Shown: piece after piece, positions 26,130-35,454 of the stretch
How the letters are laid out: the number at the start of each line of letters is the position of its first letter
How positions within the stretch are numbered: the first letter of the stretch is position 1
IMG/VR virus record: IMGVR_UViG_3300023210_000015
Span: 1-64,000 of that record
DNA from: a virus
Reading direction: 5' to 3' (one strand)
DNA length: 64,000 nucleotides
Notes under the pieces: model-generated
The model's database searches: none
Told to the model about the DNA's origin: nothing
Seen by the model: the letters and a program-made list of their open reading frames with translations, nothing else
Translations under genes and position numbers: made by a program

Positions 26130-26708
26130 ATGATACACAAAAAATGCAAAGAATGTAATAAAGATTTTACAGCCAGAGGGAATAATAGAAAATTTTGTAG
26201 TCGTCATTGTGCCGGAAAATATAATTATAATAAATTCAATAAACTCAATACTAGAGATTCGAGAGAAAAACAACGCACAGTTATGAAACAGAAATTTGCA
26301 AAAGACAAAGTTTTTAGGCAAAAAACAATTGATAAACTTAAAAAATGGAGACAAGAAAATCCTGATAAAATATTGCGTGGAGAAAAATTGTCAAAGCTTG
26401 TTGGAAATGCAACGAAGGGAAAGTATAATCTTTTTCCTAAAAATATTTATGATATGAGTGGTCGTACTCGTCAAAAAGTTATTCAACGTTTGAGATTGTC
26501 GTGTTTCAGATGTGAATGGAATGAGGGAACATGCGATTTACATCATATTCACGGCAAAAAAATTGAAGACTGTGACAATCACTGTAACCTAGTTGTTTTA
26601 TGTCCTAATTGTCACCGTTTGGTACATAATAATAAAATTATACTTGATAAAATAAAAACCTTTGAAGAATTAGTTGGAACAAAGTGGTTAGAATTTTATT
26701 ATGGTTAA
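26130..26708 (+). CDS. HNH endonuclease
   Basis: CKEC..FCSRHC; CFRCEW...DLHHIHG...NHCNLVVLCPNCHRLVH. Confidence 0.85.
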   Translation: MIHKKCKECNKDFTARGNNRKFCSRHCAGKYNYNKFNKLNTRDSREKQRTVMKQKFAKDKVFRQKTIDKLKKWRQENPDKILRGEKLSKLVGNATKGKYNLFPKNIYDMSGRTRQKVIQRLRLSCFRCEWNEGTCDLHHIHGKKIEDCDNHCNLVVLCPNCHRLVHNNKIILDKIKTFEELVGTKWLEFYYG

Positions 26709-26718
26709 TGATGTACTC

Positions 26719-26810
26719 GGGAGGCGTTCCTGTTACGAGATTGTAAATCTCGCGCCCATTATCAATAAGACAGGTCGGTTGGGCAAGTGGTTCGAATCCT
26801 CCGTCTCCCA
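26719..26810 (+). tRNA. Atypical D-arm-less tRNA-Tyr(GTA)-like RNA
   Basis: Acceptor GGGAGGC/GTCTCCC-A; CGAGA-TTGTAAA-TCTCG; TTCGAAT T loop; D arm replaced by CCTGTT pairing with GACAGG in the variable-arm loop. Confidence 0.65.
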
Positions 26811-26820
26811 TTGTCCCGTA

Positions 26821-26876
26821 GCCCATTATAATGATGTGCGGTGGTCGGGCGGGTGGTTCAATTCCTCCAGCCAGCA
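26821..26876 (+). pseudogene. 3' half of another tRNA-Tyr-like copy
   Basis: GCCC...GTGCGG...GGGC-GGGTGG-TTCAATT-CCTCC-AGCCAGC-A parallels 26754-26810. Confidence 0.5.
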
Positions 26877-26878
26877 TT

Positions 26879-27484
26879 TTAATCGCCATTCAGATGAATA
26901 ATCTGACCGGGTTCTTCTTCATGAAATTCGAATTTGAATCCATAATCGCCTGCTTGAGAGCCTATATTCTCTATCTCTATTAGTCCTTTTGAAGAAGGTT
27001 TAAATACTCGATAGGCCAAACCGCCCACACCGGCTGCTCCCTTTTTGGTTCCAGCAGGAATTAATATTTCTGCCGCAGCAGAACCAATACTATTTATCGT
27101 TGGGGTATGATAAAATATGGCTTCAGCATCATTGGAATAATTACTATTCATGTTGCTAGACGCAACTAGAGTGCCATCATTTGTATATGTTGTGCCTCCG
27201 TATAAAGTGACTTTAGCGGCCATCGTTGCAGATATTTCTAGATTCATGTGCAAATCAACATCTGAACCAGCAACAAAACGCATATATACTTTTCCTCCAG
27301 CCGCTACACCTTCGAATATTTTATATACTGCGTATTCTAGTCCTCGCAAGATATGCCATTGATCAGCCTCGACTACAGGATTCAGAGCAGTTACAGCATG
27401 AATGAGTTGGGTGATGATATCGTTCTGCTTATCTTCGGTTGCAGGATTGACTACTAATCCGGATTTATTCTGCGACTGGGCCAT
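26879..27484 (-). CDS. Hypothetical, possibly virion-associated beta-rich protein
   Basis: Gly/Ala/Thr-rich ORF with an N-terminal NPATEDKQ motif. Confidence 0.55.
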   Translation of the reverse strand: MAQSQNKSGLVVNPATEDKQNDIITQLIHAVTALNPVVEADQWHILRGLEYAVYKIFEGVAAGGKVYMRFVAGSDVDLHMNLEISATMAAKVTLYGGTTYTNDGTLVASSNMNSNYSNDAEAIFYHTPTINSIGSAAAEILIPAGTKKGAAGVGGLAYRVFKPSSKGLIEIENIGSQAGDYGFKFEFHEEEPGQIIHLNGD

Positions 27485-27649
27485 ATTATTACATACGGTT
27501 TTTTGCAAAAAAAACTTCTATGGTATCGAAAAAATTTTTTGGCAATATAATTAAGTGTTTTTTATTCCTATTTTTCTTTGCTATAATGTATTGACTATGC
27601 GGTGACAACAAATCTATTATAATGTAACTCAGAAAAGGAGATCAATCCA

Positions 27650-28390
27650 ATGGCTAAAAATCAGATTACAGAAGTTAAGAACAAGTTACAAAAGAATTAT
27701 TATCTTTTAATTCTTGACAAGAGCGGTTCGATGCACTGCGTAAAAGATGCCACGATAGATGGTTTCAATGAACAAATTCAAACAATTAAAGAACTATCTG
27801 GCAAATTCACAGATCAAGAGTTCTATGTTTCTCTTCTTACGTTTAACTACAATGTTGACACTGTTATGTTTAACGTCAAAGCGGAGGAAGCACAAGAATT
27901 GGGGCGAAATGACTACCTCCCAAGCGGTTCTACTGCATTGTATGATGCGATTGATTAGGGTATCGCAAATATGCAAAAAGATATTGCAGACGATCTAAAA
28001 GATGATTATGTCGATGCGATGGTCAATGTCGTTATCTTCACTGATGGCGAAGAGAATCATTCTAACAGAGAAAGCATTGAGTCTATCCCTGGCAGAATCA
28101 AAGAATTGCAAGAAGGCAAAAAGTGGGTATTCTCTTTGGTAGGCACAAATCATGACGTATTTGGTGCTGCTGCAAAATTACATATCAAAAAGGGTAACAC
28201 AATGCATTATGCAAATAGCCTTGTCGGTACTCGTGCTGCCCATAGTAGTCTTGGGAATGCGACACGAGGTTTTGCTGCAAAACGAGCCTCTGGCATGGAC
28301 ATGATGCAAACTAATTACTTTGAAGATGAGAATGGTGTCAGCGTCATTGAAGAAGATGCTTTAGATGCCAGTCAAAAAGACAAGGAATAA
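27650..28390 (+). CDS. vWA domain protein interrupted by an in-frame TAG (27956-27958)
   Basis: MIDAS motif ILDKSGSM, GSTALYDAID*GIANM..., IFTDGEENHS; both ORFs lie in one frame. Confidence 0.75.
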
Positions 28391-28393
28391 AAT

Positions 28394-28765
28394 ATGATAG
28401 AAAAAAGAGTTTATTTGATTTGTCCTGTTAGGAATTGTGATGAAAAGACATTGGCAGATATGGATGATTATGTTGCACAATTAGAAAAAGGTGGTTACAT
28501 AGTTCATTACCCGCCAAGAGATGTTGATCAAACTCAAACTGGCATGAGCATCTTAAAGGCTCATAGAAAGGCTATGAGTAAATGTAATGAAGTTCATATT
28601 TGGTGGGATGGAGATAGCAAGGGAAGTCATTTCGATTTAGGAATGGGATTTATGTTGGCCCATCTTCGTGATTTGCCTGTCAAGTTTGTTTCTGCTAATT
28701 CTCTTGAAAGAACGGAAGGTAAGAGTTTTGTTAATGTGATATTGGATTTGGAAAAATATGAATAA
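28394..28765 (+). CDS. Nucleoside 2-deoxyribosyltransferase-like protein
   Basis: VYLICPVR, VHYPPRD, SKGSHFDLGM. Confidence 0.6.
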   Translation: MIEKRVYLICPVRNCDEKTLADMDDYVAQLEKGGYIVHYPPRDVDQTQTGMSILKAHRKAMSKCNEVHIWWDGDSKGSHFDLGMGFMLAHLRDLPVKFVSANSLERTEGKSFVNVILDLEKYE

Positions 28766-29054
28766 ACCAGACATAGATCACAACAGAGAAAACATGTTTA
28801 AAGGCGAAGATGTAAGGGCAAAAACACCAGAAAGTCTTTCAAAGCATGTAAAAGATTATCAGTATAGGTCTTGGGATAACTATACCATAATGGAATTAGG
28901 GTCATTTATTCATCTTCTTTGCAAGAGAGCGAAGCATAGATCAAATAAACAAAAGACTGAGAAAGATTTATATGACGCTCAGAATTATATGAATATGATG
29001 CAATCCAAGCTAGATGCTTTGAAAGAAAATTTGCCAGCCAGATTTAGCGACTAA
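28758..29054 (+). CDS. Hypothetical protein
   Basis: Overlapping operon ORF. Confidence 0.55.
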   Translation: MNKPDIDHNRENMFKGEDVRAKTPESLSKHVKDYQYRSWDNYTIMELGSFIHLLCKRAKHRSNKQKTEKDLYDAQNYMNMMQSKLDALKENLPARFSD

Positions 29055-29943
29055 CGATTTGTTGGAATGAGAATCCCAGTGAAGTTAACCAACTAAGATA
29101 TGCTTCTTTCGACATTAAGCCTTGTTCGTAGGCCCACTTTGCGAATGCAGCAGCATTTTTGTTCATTCTTCCTATAATGCCAGGTACGTTGAGTTTCTTG
29201 GCATTTTTGTAATCATATCTGTTTAAATATTCCGCAGGGACATGTGCCCAATTTCCGTTATTAATAAGAGAAATTGTTTTTGGCCCTGTGTCTCCGCGAT
29301 AAACGGAATCCAATAAGGCTTCTTGCAGATAATATGGATATGAGTCAAAATCTTTGAAAGTTTTTTGTGCCCTTTTTAAATGTTCATCTACATCATATTT
29401 AGCAAGTTGATACACCTGTTCATCTGTGAGGGCTTGTTGGCTTTCCATGATAGAATCAAAATTCACTAGATTACCGAATAATTTTTGAAATAACTCTCTG
29501 TCATCGTCTTTTAATAAGTGTCCAATACCGATTGTTGGATTACCACGAGGATCGTTATACATCCTATTTGCAAAACCTTCGTATTTTCTTATGTGTTTAG
29601 CAAATCTGGCTAAATCAAATTCATCATCAGGTGGCGTAGTATCGCCTGGTTGGCCTACAGTCACTGGTTTGTCCATTTCTACATAGCCAGCGTTACTTCC
29701 ATCGATAGGTTGAACATAATCGGCTGTAGGCTGACTGGTGCTTCTTTGGACTTCTCTAATTACTTCACTTTTAATCGCTTCTGGGTTATTCGGGTTTCTA
29801 TCTACTATATCGTTGATCGCACGAAGACCAAGAATACTAATATATGGTATCAAAACAGCTAGTCCCAAAGCCAGTAATTTACTTTTAATTGAAGCTGTTT
29901 TAATCGTTTGTTGTTCTGTGTGTGTGTTTTTATACCAATTCAT
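29044..29943 (-). CDS. Lysozyme (GH24/T4-like) with an MNWY..KTA leader and TM segment
   Basis: YEGF...YNDPRGNPTIGIGHL (E-x8-D-x5-T); likely start ATG 29943. Confidence 0.8.
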   Translation of the reverse strand: MNWYKNTHTEQQTIKTASIKSKLLALGLAVLIPYISILGLRAINDIVDRNPNNPEAIKSEVIREVQRSTSQPTADYVQPIDGSNAGYVEMDKPVTVGQPGDTTPPDDEFDLARFAKHIRKYEGFANRMYNDPRGNPTIGIGHLLKDDDRELFQKLFGNLVNFDSIMESQQALTDEQVYQLAKYDVDEHLKRAQKTFKDFDSYPYYLQEALLDSVYRGDTGPKTISLINNGNWAHVPAEYLNRYDYKNAKKLNVPGIIGRMNKNAAAFAKWAYEQGLMSKEAYLSWLTSLGFSFQQIVSR

Positions 29944-30018
29944 AGAAGAAGACCTCAAATTATTCCGATATATTATACTGCGAATATATCTAATATCCTT
30001 GTTATCGGAGAAAAAAAT

Positions 30019-30354
30019 ATGAAACAATTAGATGAGGAGACAAAAAAACTTGCGATAGATTGGGCAGAAAAGATATTCAATGATATTGAAAGGGCTTCTC
30101 ACGATCCGTTAGCGAAACTTGAAGGTGACTCATTAAAGGTATATGAGGAATTAAAAACATGGGGCTGGTTCGATAGAATGCCTCTTGATGTAGATGGCGA
30201 TAAAACCGTTGCCGATTCTCATATGATTTATATTCAGATGTTAGCTATGGATAAATATCGCCGTATTGATTGGGCCAAAAAGCATCCTCCAAAGGAAAAG
30301 CCTTCAAGGTGGGAATTTTTTACCAGGCGCACAAGCGGTATCAAAAAGTCTTAA
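30019..30354 (+). CDS. Hypothetical protein
   Basis: GGAG RBS before ATG 30019. Confidence 0.5.
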   Translation: MKQLDEETKKLAIDWAEKIFNDIERASHDPLAKLEGDSLKVYEELKTWGWFDRMPLDVDGDKTVADSHMIYIQMLAMDKYRRIDWAKKHPPKEKPSRWEFFTRRTSGIKKS

Positions 30355-31151
30355 AAACTCCAATCTTCTTCTCCGTAAGGATTATAGATAGGCGGATATT
30401 GTAATTTGTGCTTATTTTTTTTGTGCATATTTCCTACTTTTTGTAGTACAAATTTTTGTCTTTCTGTCATACCTTCTGGCAACGGCCCTTCTGGAGCATC
30501 GATAGCCCATTTTACTTCATCATATGTCATGCCTAATTCGTCTTCATCTGTTTGTCCTTCCCACAACTCAGCAGTAGGAACAGCATTAATGATAGAATCT
30601 GGCACATCTAATATCTTTGCCATTTCATAAACAACAGATTTGTGAATTGCAGAAATCGGGCAAATATCCACTAAACCATCCCCGCCCTTAGTAAAATAAC
30701 CAATATAATCTTCGTCTAGATTACCAGTTCCAACAACAATCCCATTGTGTTCAGCCGCTTTGTCATAAAGGATATTGGCTCTGATTCTAGAACGAAGATT
30801 TCCTTCATTCAATTTTGTTGAGCCTATTTGTTCTTTTTTATATGCTTCTACAATGAAACCAATAGAAACAGTGTTGAAGTGAATATTTGGCCTTAATTCG
30901 ACACCTTTATTAACGGTGCAGAGTTCTATGGCTCTTGTTGTAGATTCTGGCCAATTGTTGATATCTCCCATTGGCATTGAATAACAGTATACTTGTCTAT
31001 TCGTCTTTTCACATAATCTTGTAATAACGGCAGAATCAATTCCACCAGAGACTCCAACTATAAGATTTTTGATATAGCTCTTGTCACAATAACCCTCGAT
31101 CCATCTTGCCGCTCCGTCAATTATTTGCCTAATCGTTTTTTCTTCCTTCAT
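30351..31151 (-). CDS. nadE: NH3-dependent NAD+ synthetase
   Basis: VGVSGGIDS, GNLRSRIR, VVGTGN..E..IGYFTKGGDG, PTAELWEGQTDEDELG.TY. Confidence 0.92.
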   Translation of the reverse strand: MKEEKTIRQIIDGAARWIEGYCDKSYIKNLIVGVSGGIDSAVITRLCEKTNRQVYCYSMPMGDINNWPESTTRAIELCTVNKGVELRPNIHFNTVSIGFIVEAYKKEQIGSTKLNEGNLRSRIRANILYDKAAEHNGIVVGTGNLDEDYIGYFTKGGDGLVDICPISAIHKSVVYEMAKILDVPDSIINAVPTAELWEGQTDEDELGMTYDEVKWAIDAPEGPLPEGMTERQKFVLQKVGNMHKKNKHKLQYPPIYNPYGEEDWSF

Positions 31152-31906
31152 TACTTAATCCCTTCAAGAATAACATCTAAATTATAAAACATTTCGTCAT
31201 CAGTATCACAATCGCGTGTCTCTTTTCTTTCTTTGAGAACTTTTAGAACGATAGAGATTATTTCAGAGAATTCATCTCTTTCATCTGTTTCCACTGTTGT
31301 AAAATTCACACCCAAGTAGGCCCATTCCTTGATCAACGGCTCAAGAGGCAAGCCAGGTAGTTCTTTGATGGCATCGACAACAACGTATATATTCTTGTGT
31401 TGATTAGCAAGTCCCTTTACTGCCGCGTCGACACACACGTTAGCTGCAACTCCGTACACAAAAATTGCATCCATCTCATCGATATTAATTGCGTTTAAAG
31501 CCGCTTGAGTGTGAGGATTTCCTTCCCAAGCATCAAAACGGTCTTTGAGAATGGTAATTTCATCCGCATCTTCAATCGACTGCATATCTTCGATGGAGAA
31601 CTCTGGAACATCCCAATCAACAATAAAGGCGAAAGGCGACTTAGTTTCGTCAATTAATTCTGCCCCATTAGTCCCCCTAATACAGTGGGTGGGGAATGTG
31701 GTCATGAAGTTAGGAGTATCAGACAATTCTTCTGAATCTTCGTTGTGCCAATCTGACGTATTAACGATGCGGAAATTTTTGCTTCTTGCTAGATTCGTTA
31801 GATGCTCAAGATGATTTCTGATAACTTTTGCGTTTGGGACTGCAAGTAAACCATCTTCGTCCATAAAATCTTTTTGAGTGTCAACACACCAAAATAATAC
31901 TTTCAT
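31151..31906 (-). CDS. pncA: Nicotinamidase (isochorismatase family)
   Basis: VDTQKDF...G.L.VP, DWH, FPTHCIRGT.GAE, GVAANVCV. Confidence 0.88.
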   Translation of the reverse strand: MKVLFWCVDTQKDFMDEDGLLAVPNAKVIRNHLEHLTNLARSKNFRIVNTSDWHNEDSEELSDTPNFMTTFPTHCIRGTNGAELIDETKSPFAFIVDWDVPEFSIEDMQSIEDADEITILKDRFDAWEGNPHTQAALNAINIDEMDAIFVYGVAANVCVDAAVKGLANQHKNIYVVVDAIKELPGLPLEPLIKEWAYLGVNFTTVETDERDEFSEIISIVLKVLKERKETRDCDTDDEMFYNLDVILEGIK

Positions 31907-31916
31907 TGTTTTTCTC

Positions 31917-33122
31917 CTATTTAAGCGGCATTGTTTTATCTGCCAGAAATTCTTTTCGGTGAATGTATTTCATAACTTTAACCATCTTAGGATCGCCACT
32001 CTCTTTGCCCGGCGTATCAGACAGTTTTACTACTGGGATTTCATTGACGTACCATAGTTTGATAACCATGTTTAAAGCCTTGCTACTGTCAAAGTCGTTT
32101 GTCAGATTTGTGCCGATACCAAACGCACATTTAATTTTTCTGTCACAATATTCGGCAATTTTATAGGCCGTTTCTGCGTCAAGGCCATCGCTAAAAACAA
32201 TAACTTTTGACATGGGATCGATATTTAGGCTCTTATAGTGGTTGATGATTTTGTCTGCGAACTCATAGGGACAACCACTGTCATGTCTAACTCCATCGTA
32301 GAGTTTTGCAAATCGTAAATTGAAATTTTCAAGAAAACTATCCGTTCCATATGTGTCAGTCAAAGCAATTCCCAAATCTGCATTGTAAATTTTGACCCAA
32401 TTTTGTAGCATGTGATAATTTGGGTGATTCATGCTTTCCAATGCTGCCATTGCTTGACATAATTCGTGTGCCATTGTACCAATTGGTGTGATGTCATGCT
32501 TCATAGCCAAGTGGACATTGGATGTGCCAACAAAGAAAGGCTGGTCTTTCCATGTTTTGATAAGTAGGTCTTGCACTTCAAAACTGCGTCTTCGGCGTGT
32601 ACCAAAATCAGCCAATTTCATCATGGTTTTGAGATTAAATTTTGGACCATAGGCGTTGAAAACAGATGCTTTGGATTCCATTTTTTCTAGTTGACCATCC
32701 GTATTCCAATCCGTATCGATAGTCTGGAAGTACAATTCAGAGATAGTCGCCATCAAAGGAACTTCCCAAAGGATCGTAGAGTGCCACGGTCCTTTAATTG
32801 TGATATCTAGTTTACCTTCTACGTCTACATTAATAGCAACTTCGTTAGGATTAAAACGATAATTTCTGAGATATTCTAGATAGTTAACTTTGAAGTATGG
32901 GCACTTTTTTCTCAACCAGTCATATTCTTCTTGAGTAAGTGTTAATTTGGGAAATTCCTTGTCAATGATTTTTCGTAGATTGTCTACAAATTCAGGTGTG
33001 AAACCGTGTTTGCCACGATTTGTGAAACGATATTCTGTTATTGAATCTGGGAATAGTTCCAATGCCAACTGTTGCATCGTTAGCTTGTACAAGTCAGTGT
33101 CTAAAATACTTTTGATCATCAT
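31917..33122 (-). CDS. pncB: Nicotinate phosphoribosyltransferase
   Basis: LDTDLYKLTMQQ, DFGTRRR.S, GTSN, GTMAHE, LTDTYG, GVRHDSG, FSDGL, FGIGT, KLSD..GK. Confidence 0.93.
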   Translation of the reverse strand: MMIKSILDTDLYKLTMQQLALELFPDSITEYRFTNRGKHGFTPEFVDNLRKIIDKEFPKLTLTQEEYDWLRKKCPYFKVNYLEYLRNYRFNPNEVAINVDVEGKLDITIKGPWHSTILWEVPLMATISELYFQTIDTDWNTDGQLEKMESKASVFNAYGPKFNLKTMMKLADFGTRRRRSFEVQDLLIKTWKDQPFFVGTSNVHLAMKHDITPIGTMAHELCQAMAALESMNHPNYHMLQNWVKIYNADLGIALTDTYGTDSFLENFNLRFAKLYDGVRHDSGCPYEFADKIINHYKSLNIDPMSKVIVFSDGLDAETAYKIAEYCDRKIKCAFGIGTNLTNDFDSSKALNMVIKLWYVNEIPVVKLSDTPGKESGDPKMVKVMKYIHRKEFLADKTMPLK

Positions 33123-33324
33123 CTTATTCTATCTCCTTCATTTCATTATAGCCCTTCTAAAATAAGTAAAAAGGAAAAAATATATTTTTGTTGAAAGATA
33201 TACAGATAGTCTTGGTCTATTTATAAATTGGTGATAATGTTTTTGTTATACTGTTATTCGATGATGAACGTCGTTTTGAAGCACTGCTAAGGAAAACCAT
33301 TAAAAGAATATTAGAGAGATACGT

Positions 33325-34149
33325 ATGCAAACCAAAGAACTTGATCAAATCTGGAAAAAATACTTAAAAGATCGTGATAATGATTCTATGCAAAAGCTAG
33401 TAGCTCATTATTATATTGCATTGGTTCAAAAAATAGCTTCCAATTTAGTGAGAAAGTTTAGATATAAGGTCACTAGGGACGAATTGGCTTCACACGGCGT
33501 TGGAGGGCTATATAAGGCACTCAAAGCATTTGACCCCCTCAGAGGGGTAAAGTTCGAGACATACGCTTACCCGCGAGTCTGGGGGTCAATAATAGACTGT
33601 ATACGTGAAGAAGATTGGGTTCCACGTAGCGTAAGAACACGACAAACGAAAATAGAAAATGCCAAAAAAGAACTAGAATCACGTAGAGGACATAAAATAG
33701 ATGTCGGCGAAGCAGTCAAACATGCCGGTTTCGACGGCCAAGAGTTTCATGTCAAACAGTCTAAATTTCATGCTATGGGTTTTTCCAGCATAGAAACAGG
33801 AACTGGTGAATTCGCTTCTGAAGACAATAAAAAAGATTGTAATAAATATTTGGTTTCTAAAAATAGTTCCTCTCCTGACAGCAAATTAATACGAGAAGAA
33901 TTCCTTGGGAAACTGATTGGTCGTGATTTTACGCCATTAGAACGCAAAATTATTTATTATTATTACTATGAGAGGCTTTCTATGCGAGAGATAGCCAATA
34001 CTCTTGGTGTTTCTGAATCTCGTATCAGCCAAATCCATCAGGGAATCTTGGATCGACTTAAAACACGCATCGAAGTGAATCCCGAATATTTTGGATCAGA
34101 CATATTAGAGTTGATTAATAGCTGTAATGATGCTGACCCATTGAAATAA
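33325..34149 (+). CDS. FliA/WhiG-family RNA polymerase sigma factor
   Basis: FDPLRGVKFETYAYPRVWGSIID..R..DWVPRSVR; YYYERLSMREIA..LGVSESRISQIH. Confidence 0.9.
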   Translation: MQTKELDQIWKKYLKDRDNDSMQKLVAHYYIALVQKIASNLVRKFRYKVTRDELASHGVGGLYKALKAFDPLRGVKFETYAYPRVWGSIIDCIREEDWVPRSVRTRQTKIENAKKELESRRGHKIDVGEAVKHAGFDGQEFHVKQSKFHAMGFSSIETGTGEFASEDNKKDCNKYLVSKNSSSPDSKLIREEFLGKLIGRDFTPLERKIIYYYYYERLSMREIANTLGVSESRISQIHQGILDRLKTRIEVNPEYFGSDILELINSCNDADPLK

Positions 34150-34192
34150 TTTTTTTGTTTAAAAAATCATTTCTTATCGCCTATAATACACT

Positions 34193-34738
34193 GTGTATGA
34201 AGTGTTTTTATTTTTTGGAGAAAAATCATTGGTAAATGCTGAAGTCGGAGATATTACAAAGTCAAGACAAGACGCGATTGTAAATGATGCAAATAGTTGT
34301 GGTGTTATGAGTTATGGCGTATCTGCACTAATATGCAATCGTGGTGGCGTTGAGATACAAGATGAAGCAAAAGGTTTTTGTCGTAAAAATAAAAATATTG
34401 AGTTAGGAAGTTGCTTTTCAACACAATCAGGTAAATTGAAGAGATATGGGACTGAAACAATTTACCATGCGGTGATCAGCAGAACACCTAAAGACTTAGC
34501 AAGTATACATTTTGTAAAAAAAGTATTAAATGAGGTTTTAGCAACAGCGGTAAATGATGGAATAGAGTCGATTGCTATTCCTTCTATTGGTTTAGGAGGA
34601 GGTTTGGACAAAACAGTAGTCGCTATGGAAATGGCTAGGATTGCTAAAAATTTTTGTAATAAAATAGATATTCGTATTATTGATGTGGATAAAGAATTTA
34701 TTGAAAATGTACGAAAAAATCTTTTGAAAGGAAATTAA
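34193..34738 (+). CDS. Macrodomain protein
   Basis: GDIT...DAIVNDAN...M..GVS.LI...GG, IYHAV, SIAIPSIG.G. Confidence 0.85.
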   Translation: MYEVFLFFGEKSLVNAEVGDITKSRQDAIVNDANSCGVMSYGVSALICNRGGVEIQDEAKGFCRKNKNIELGSCFSTQSGKLKRYGTETIYHAVISRTPKDLASIHFVKKVLNEVLATAVNDGIESIAIPSIGLGGGLDKTVVAMEMARIAKNFCNKIDIRIIDVDKEFIENVRKNLLKGN

Positions 34739-34740
34739 TT

Positions 34741-35373
34741 ATGACTACAAAACTCAATCATCCAACATTAGTTCTCAACAAGGGCTGGATGCCTTTAACA
34801 ATCGAGACAGCCAGAGAGTCTCTAATAAAGGCATTTACAGGTTCTGCTAAAATTGTGGATGAAAATTACATCCAATACAATTGGGAAGAGTGGTCTGAGA
34901 TATCCGAGTACGAATATGAGGATAGCAAGGAAGATGACAAGTTCATTCTCACTGCTAACTATCAAAAGATCAAGATTCCTGAAGTCATTGTTTTGCTTAA
35001 TTACAATCGTTTGCCTAATGTAAAAGTAAAATTGACTCGTCGTAACCTATTGATCAGAGACAAGTTCACCTGTCAATATACTGGTCAAAAGCTTTCGATG
35101 TCTGACGCGACTATTGACCACGTTGTGCCTAGAACTCAAGGTGGTTTGACTACATGGGACAACGTTGTTATCTGTTCTTTCGAGGCAAACGTTAAAAAGG
35201 GCGGAAGAACTCCTGAGGAAGCAGGGCTTACATTGAAGACAGTGCCTCGTAAGCCTTCGTGGAGTTTGATGTTCGCAAAATACGTTACTCGTATTCCTAA
35301 GTCTTGGGAGAAGTTCATCAAGACAGATAAGTGGAACGAGATAGGGTATTGGGATGTCGAACTCGTAGACTAA
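34741..35373 (+). CDS. HNH endonuclease (McrA-like family)
   Basis: TLVLN..W.P, IPEVI.L, RRNLLIRD.FTCQY.G, TIDHVVPR.QGG.TTWDNVV. Confidence 0.88.
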   Translation: MTTKLNHPTLVLNKGWMPLTIETARESLIKAFTGSAKIVDENYIQYNWEEWSEISEYEYEDSKEDDKFILTANYQKIKIPEVIVLLNYNRLPNVKVKLTRRNLLIRDKFTCQYTGQKLSMSDATIDHVVPRTQGGLTTWDNVVICSFEANVKKGGRTPEEAGLTLKTVPRKPSWSLMFAKYVTRIPKSWEKFIKTDKWNEIGYWDVELVD

Positions 35374-35389
35374 GTTCGATTAACAGTTT

Positions 35390-35435
35390 ATTAATTTAAA
35401 GGGCAGAATCGCAAGATTCTGCCCTTTAAATTAAT
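35390..35435. terminator. Perfect 21-bp inverted repeat with a GCAA loop (terminator-like)
   Basis: ATTAATTTAAAGGGCAGAATC-GCAA-GATTCTGCCCTTTAAATTAAT. Confidence 0.8.
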
Positions 35436-35454
35436 CTGTGCCGATTATATATCT

